32,000 bases of DNA from Prochlorococcus marinus subsp. pastoris str. CCMP1986 (lineage in GTDB: Bacteria > Cyanobacteriota > Cyanobacteriia > PCC-6307 > Cyanobiaceae). The notes beneath the pieces were generated by a model. The model did no database searches. It saw nothing but the letters and a program-made list of their open reading frames with translations, and had not been told where the DNA came from. The stretch lies in contig NC_005072.1 in NCBI RefSeq assembly GCF_000011465.1, positions 990,001 through 1,022,000 on the forward strand, given 5' to 3'. A program made the position numbers and the translations under genes. Position 1 is the first letter of the stretch; each line of letters begins with the position of its first letter. This document shows positions 30,197-32,000 of this stretch, one piece after another.

Positions 30197-31315
30197 CTAT
30201 CCTTTCGTCAAGTGTTGTTGATCTTTGTTTTGGCCTTGCCACACTGGAACAGTAAAATGAAAGCATGAACCTTCACCAACTTCTGATACAACCCATATTC
30301 TCCCTCCATGAACTTCAACAATTCTTCTGCAAACAGATAGGCCAATACCAAATCCTGATGTTCCCTCAGATGTCTGTGGCAATCTAACTCTATCAAGAAA
30401 TATTCTTTTTTGCTCACTTACTGGAATTCCAGCACCTTTGTCACAAATCGTTATTTCTACCCATTGATTTGTTTTATGAATCAATGTAATTTTAATTCTT
30501 CCAGAATTTTCTGAAAATTTAAGGGCATTTTCAATTAAGTTTAAAAATACCTGTCTCATTCTTCTTTGATCTGCATATACGCTTGGGAGATCAGATGGTA
30601 TGTCAGTGTCAATTTCTATCTTCCTTAATCTCCAAAACTTTTCTAATTCAAGAATTGCCTCAGCACTTATGTTTCCTAAATCAATTTTTTGAGGATTAAA
30701 AAGAGCTTCCCATTTAGTTGTTCCAACCTCAAGAAGATCTTGAGATAAAAGTTCAATTTCTTCTAAACGTCGTTTAATTACGTCTTGCAATTTTTTTATA
30801 TCAATTTGTCCTAGTTTTTGACTTTGAATAGCAAGAGTTGCTGCCGTCAGTGGCGTTCTCAATTCATGTGCAACCATTCTTAAAAGTCTTTCTTGTGATT
30901 CAATTCTTTTTGTAAGTGTTTCGTTTTCTTGTCTAAGAACCAATAATTCTTCCTCAAGGAGAAACTCTTTTTGGGTTCTGATTGAATCTATTTTAGAAGG
31001 TTGAAGATTAATACCTAAATCTTTTGTAACTCCTTCTTGTTTCCATCTAGGCAACCAAGTCTGCAACTGAACAAAAATATTACTTCCTGCAAATATTTGC
31101 TTTGGAGCTGGTGAAACCTTAATAAGAGCCGGAATAGCAACCAATCTATGCAATTCAAGCAGTTCAGGTTGTTCTGTCGGTTCAGAAATCTGAAGAGAAA
31201 TCTCAAACTCGCAGTCATCAGACTCTAAATAAGATAGTAATAATTTAAGATCGCCTCTAGAAAGATGATTTCTAGCAGCTACTAATATTAATTTTAATTC
31301 TTTTTTTTCATTCAA
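30197..31315 (-). CDS. sasA: circadian two-component sensor histidine kinase SasA
   Basis: 372 aa. KaiB-like N-terminal thioredoxin-type domain ([47 protein letters not shown]), then H-box [18 protein letters not shown]-box [14 protein letters not shown], and G boxes DKGAGIP and [20 protein letters not shown]. Confidence 0.94.
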   Translation of the reverse strand: MNEKKELKLILVAARNHLSRGDLKLLLSYLESDDCEFEISLQISEPTEQPELLELHRLVAIPALIKVSPAPKQIFAGSNIFVQLQTWLPRWKQEGVTKDLGINLQPSKIDSIRTQKEFLLEEELLVLRQENETLTKRIESQERLLRMVAHELRTPLTAATLAIQSQKLGQIDIKKLQDVIKRRLEEIELLSQDLLEVGTTKWEALFNPQKIDLGNISAEAILELEKFWRLRKIEIDTDIPSDLPSVYADQRRMRQVFLNLIENALKFSENSGRIKITLIHKTNQWVEITICDKGAGIPVSEQKRIFLDRVRLPQTSEGTSGFGIGLSVCRRIVEVHGGRIWVVSEVGEGSCFHFTVPVWQGQNKDQQHLTKG

Positions 31316-31421
31316 ATCATTTGCCCAGAATTTTTGATAAGCTGTTTTTGCTTATAAACACATTAAGATATTTATATATATTTTACAGTTAAGCTATCAA
31401 ACATATAGACGATATTTAGAA

Positions 31422-31964
31422 ATGGTTGCTAATATTCAAAACAATAATAATAATTACAGTGGATATACTTCCCCTGAAGTAAGCATAGATAGTAATTTAA
31501 AAAGATGGTTTTCTCGTAATATTGGACTTTGGAAATCCAATAGGACATATTTTCTCGAAGAAGAAAGGAAAACTTACAACCTTTGCATGTTCATAAATAT
31601 TGAGTCTCTTGAAAATAAAAAAGAATGGGAATCTCATTATAAATTCACTTGGTATCCAGAAAAGAAATATAGTTTTTTTGATGAACATCCCAAATATAGA
31701 GAAAGAGGAGAAATGCAAGCATTTATAAAGGACCACCAATTAATAAGAGAAAAATTTTATTTAAGTGATATTGATGGAATATCCAATATTAAACAAGTTG
31801 ATGAACATGAAATGATTTTCGAATCATCTTATGAAGATTGGTACATTCTTGAACACACAAGACTTATTGAGGGAGATAATTATAGATATAGAGTTATATA
31901 TTCATGGAACAAAGATAAACTTAAAATAGTAGAGAATCATCATGAAATAAAAATTATTACATAA
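31422..31964 (+). CDS. conserved hypothetical protein, possible CpcS/CpeS-like lipocalin-fold protein
   Basis: 180 aa. The pattern RWFSRNIGLWKSNRTYFL followed by alternating beta-strand-like segments is reminiscent of CpcS/CpeS/T-type proteins. This is by eye only. Confidence 0.55.
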   Translation: MVANIQNNNNNYSGYTSPEVSIDSNLKRWFSRNIGLWKSNRTYFLEEERKTYNLCMFINIESLENKKEWESHYKFTWYPEKKYSFFDEHPKYRERGEMQAFIKDHQLIREKFYLSDIDGISNIKQVDEHEMIFESSYEDWYILEHTRLIEGDNYRYRVIYSWNKDKLKIVENHHEIKIIT

Positions 31965-32000
31965 ATTCTTTTAGCCTATTAAGTTTAAAAATAAAAAATG

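Overview
This window is AT-rich and looks like ordinary core chromosome from a high-light-type Prochlorococcus. That taxon call is inferred from gene order, compactness and protein content, not from a search. Genes in order are: a truncated alpha/beta hydrolase (+); a long minus-strand run (oligopeptide-type ABC permease, its binding protein, a small conserved protein, hom, sufE, 5-FCL, ruvC, chlI, a TrmJ/SpoU-type methyltransferase, cytM); petG (+, 39 aa, absent from the supplied ORF track); rsmD, hisH, trxA and guaB3 (-) with a small RNA between trxA and guaB3; gyrA and a lycopene cyclase (+); a GH57 enzyme (-); leuA and a small membrane protein (+); a 7TM-HD phosphohydrolase (-); folD, crtE/GGPPS and a PAP2-like protein (+); cobB, opcA, zwf and petH (-); an SRPBCC protein (+); tRNA-Glu(UUC) and sasA (-); and a CpcS/CpeS-reminiscent protein (+). 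I found no mobile element, CRISPR array, defence island or convincing novel multi-gene system. The best non-ORF signals are: (1) the Yfr1-type sRNA, with the ACTCCTCACAC core and two stem-loops, plus an AGGAGT segment just upstream that could mask the core in read-through RNA; (2) the unannotated petG, packed back-to-back with cytM and overlapping rsmD; (3) a petH N-terminus whose CpcD-like domain appears replaced by a hydrophobic anchor and Lys-rich linker; (4) a degenerate GyrA-box; (5) a short PgpH-like HD protein; (6) a 23-nt A/T palindrome between a possible Shine-Dalgarno and the start codon of the SRPBCC gene.
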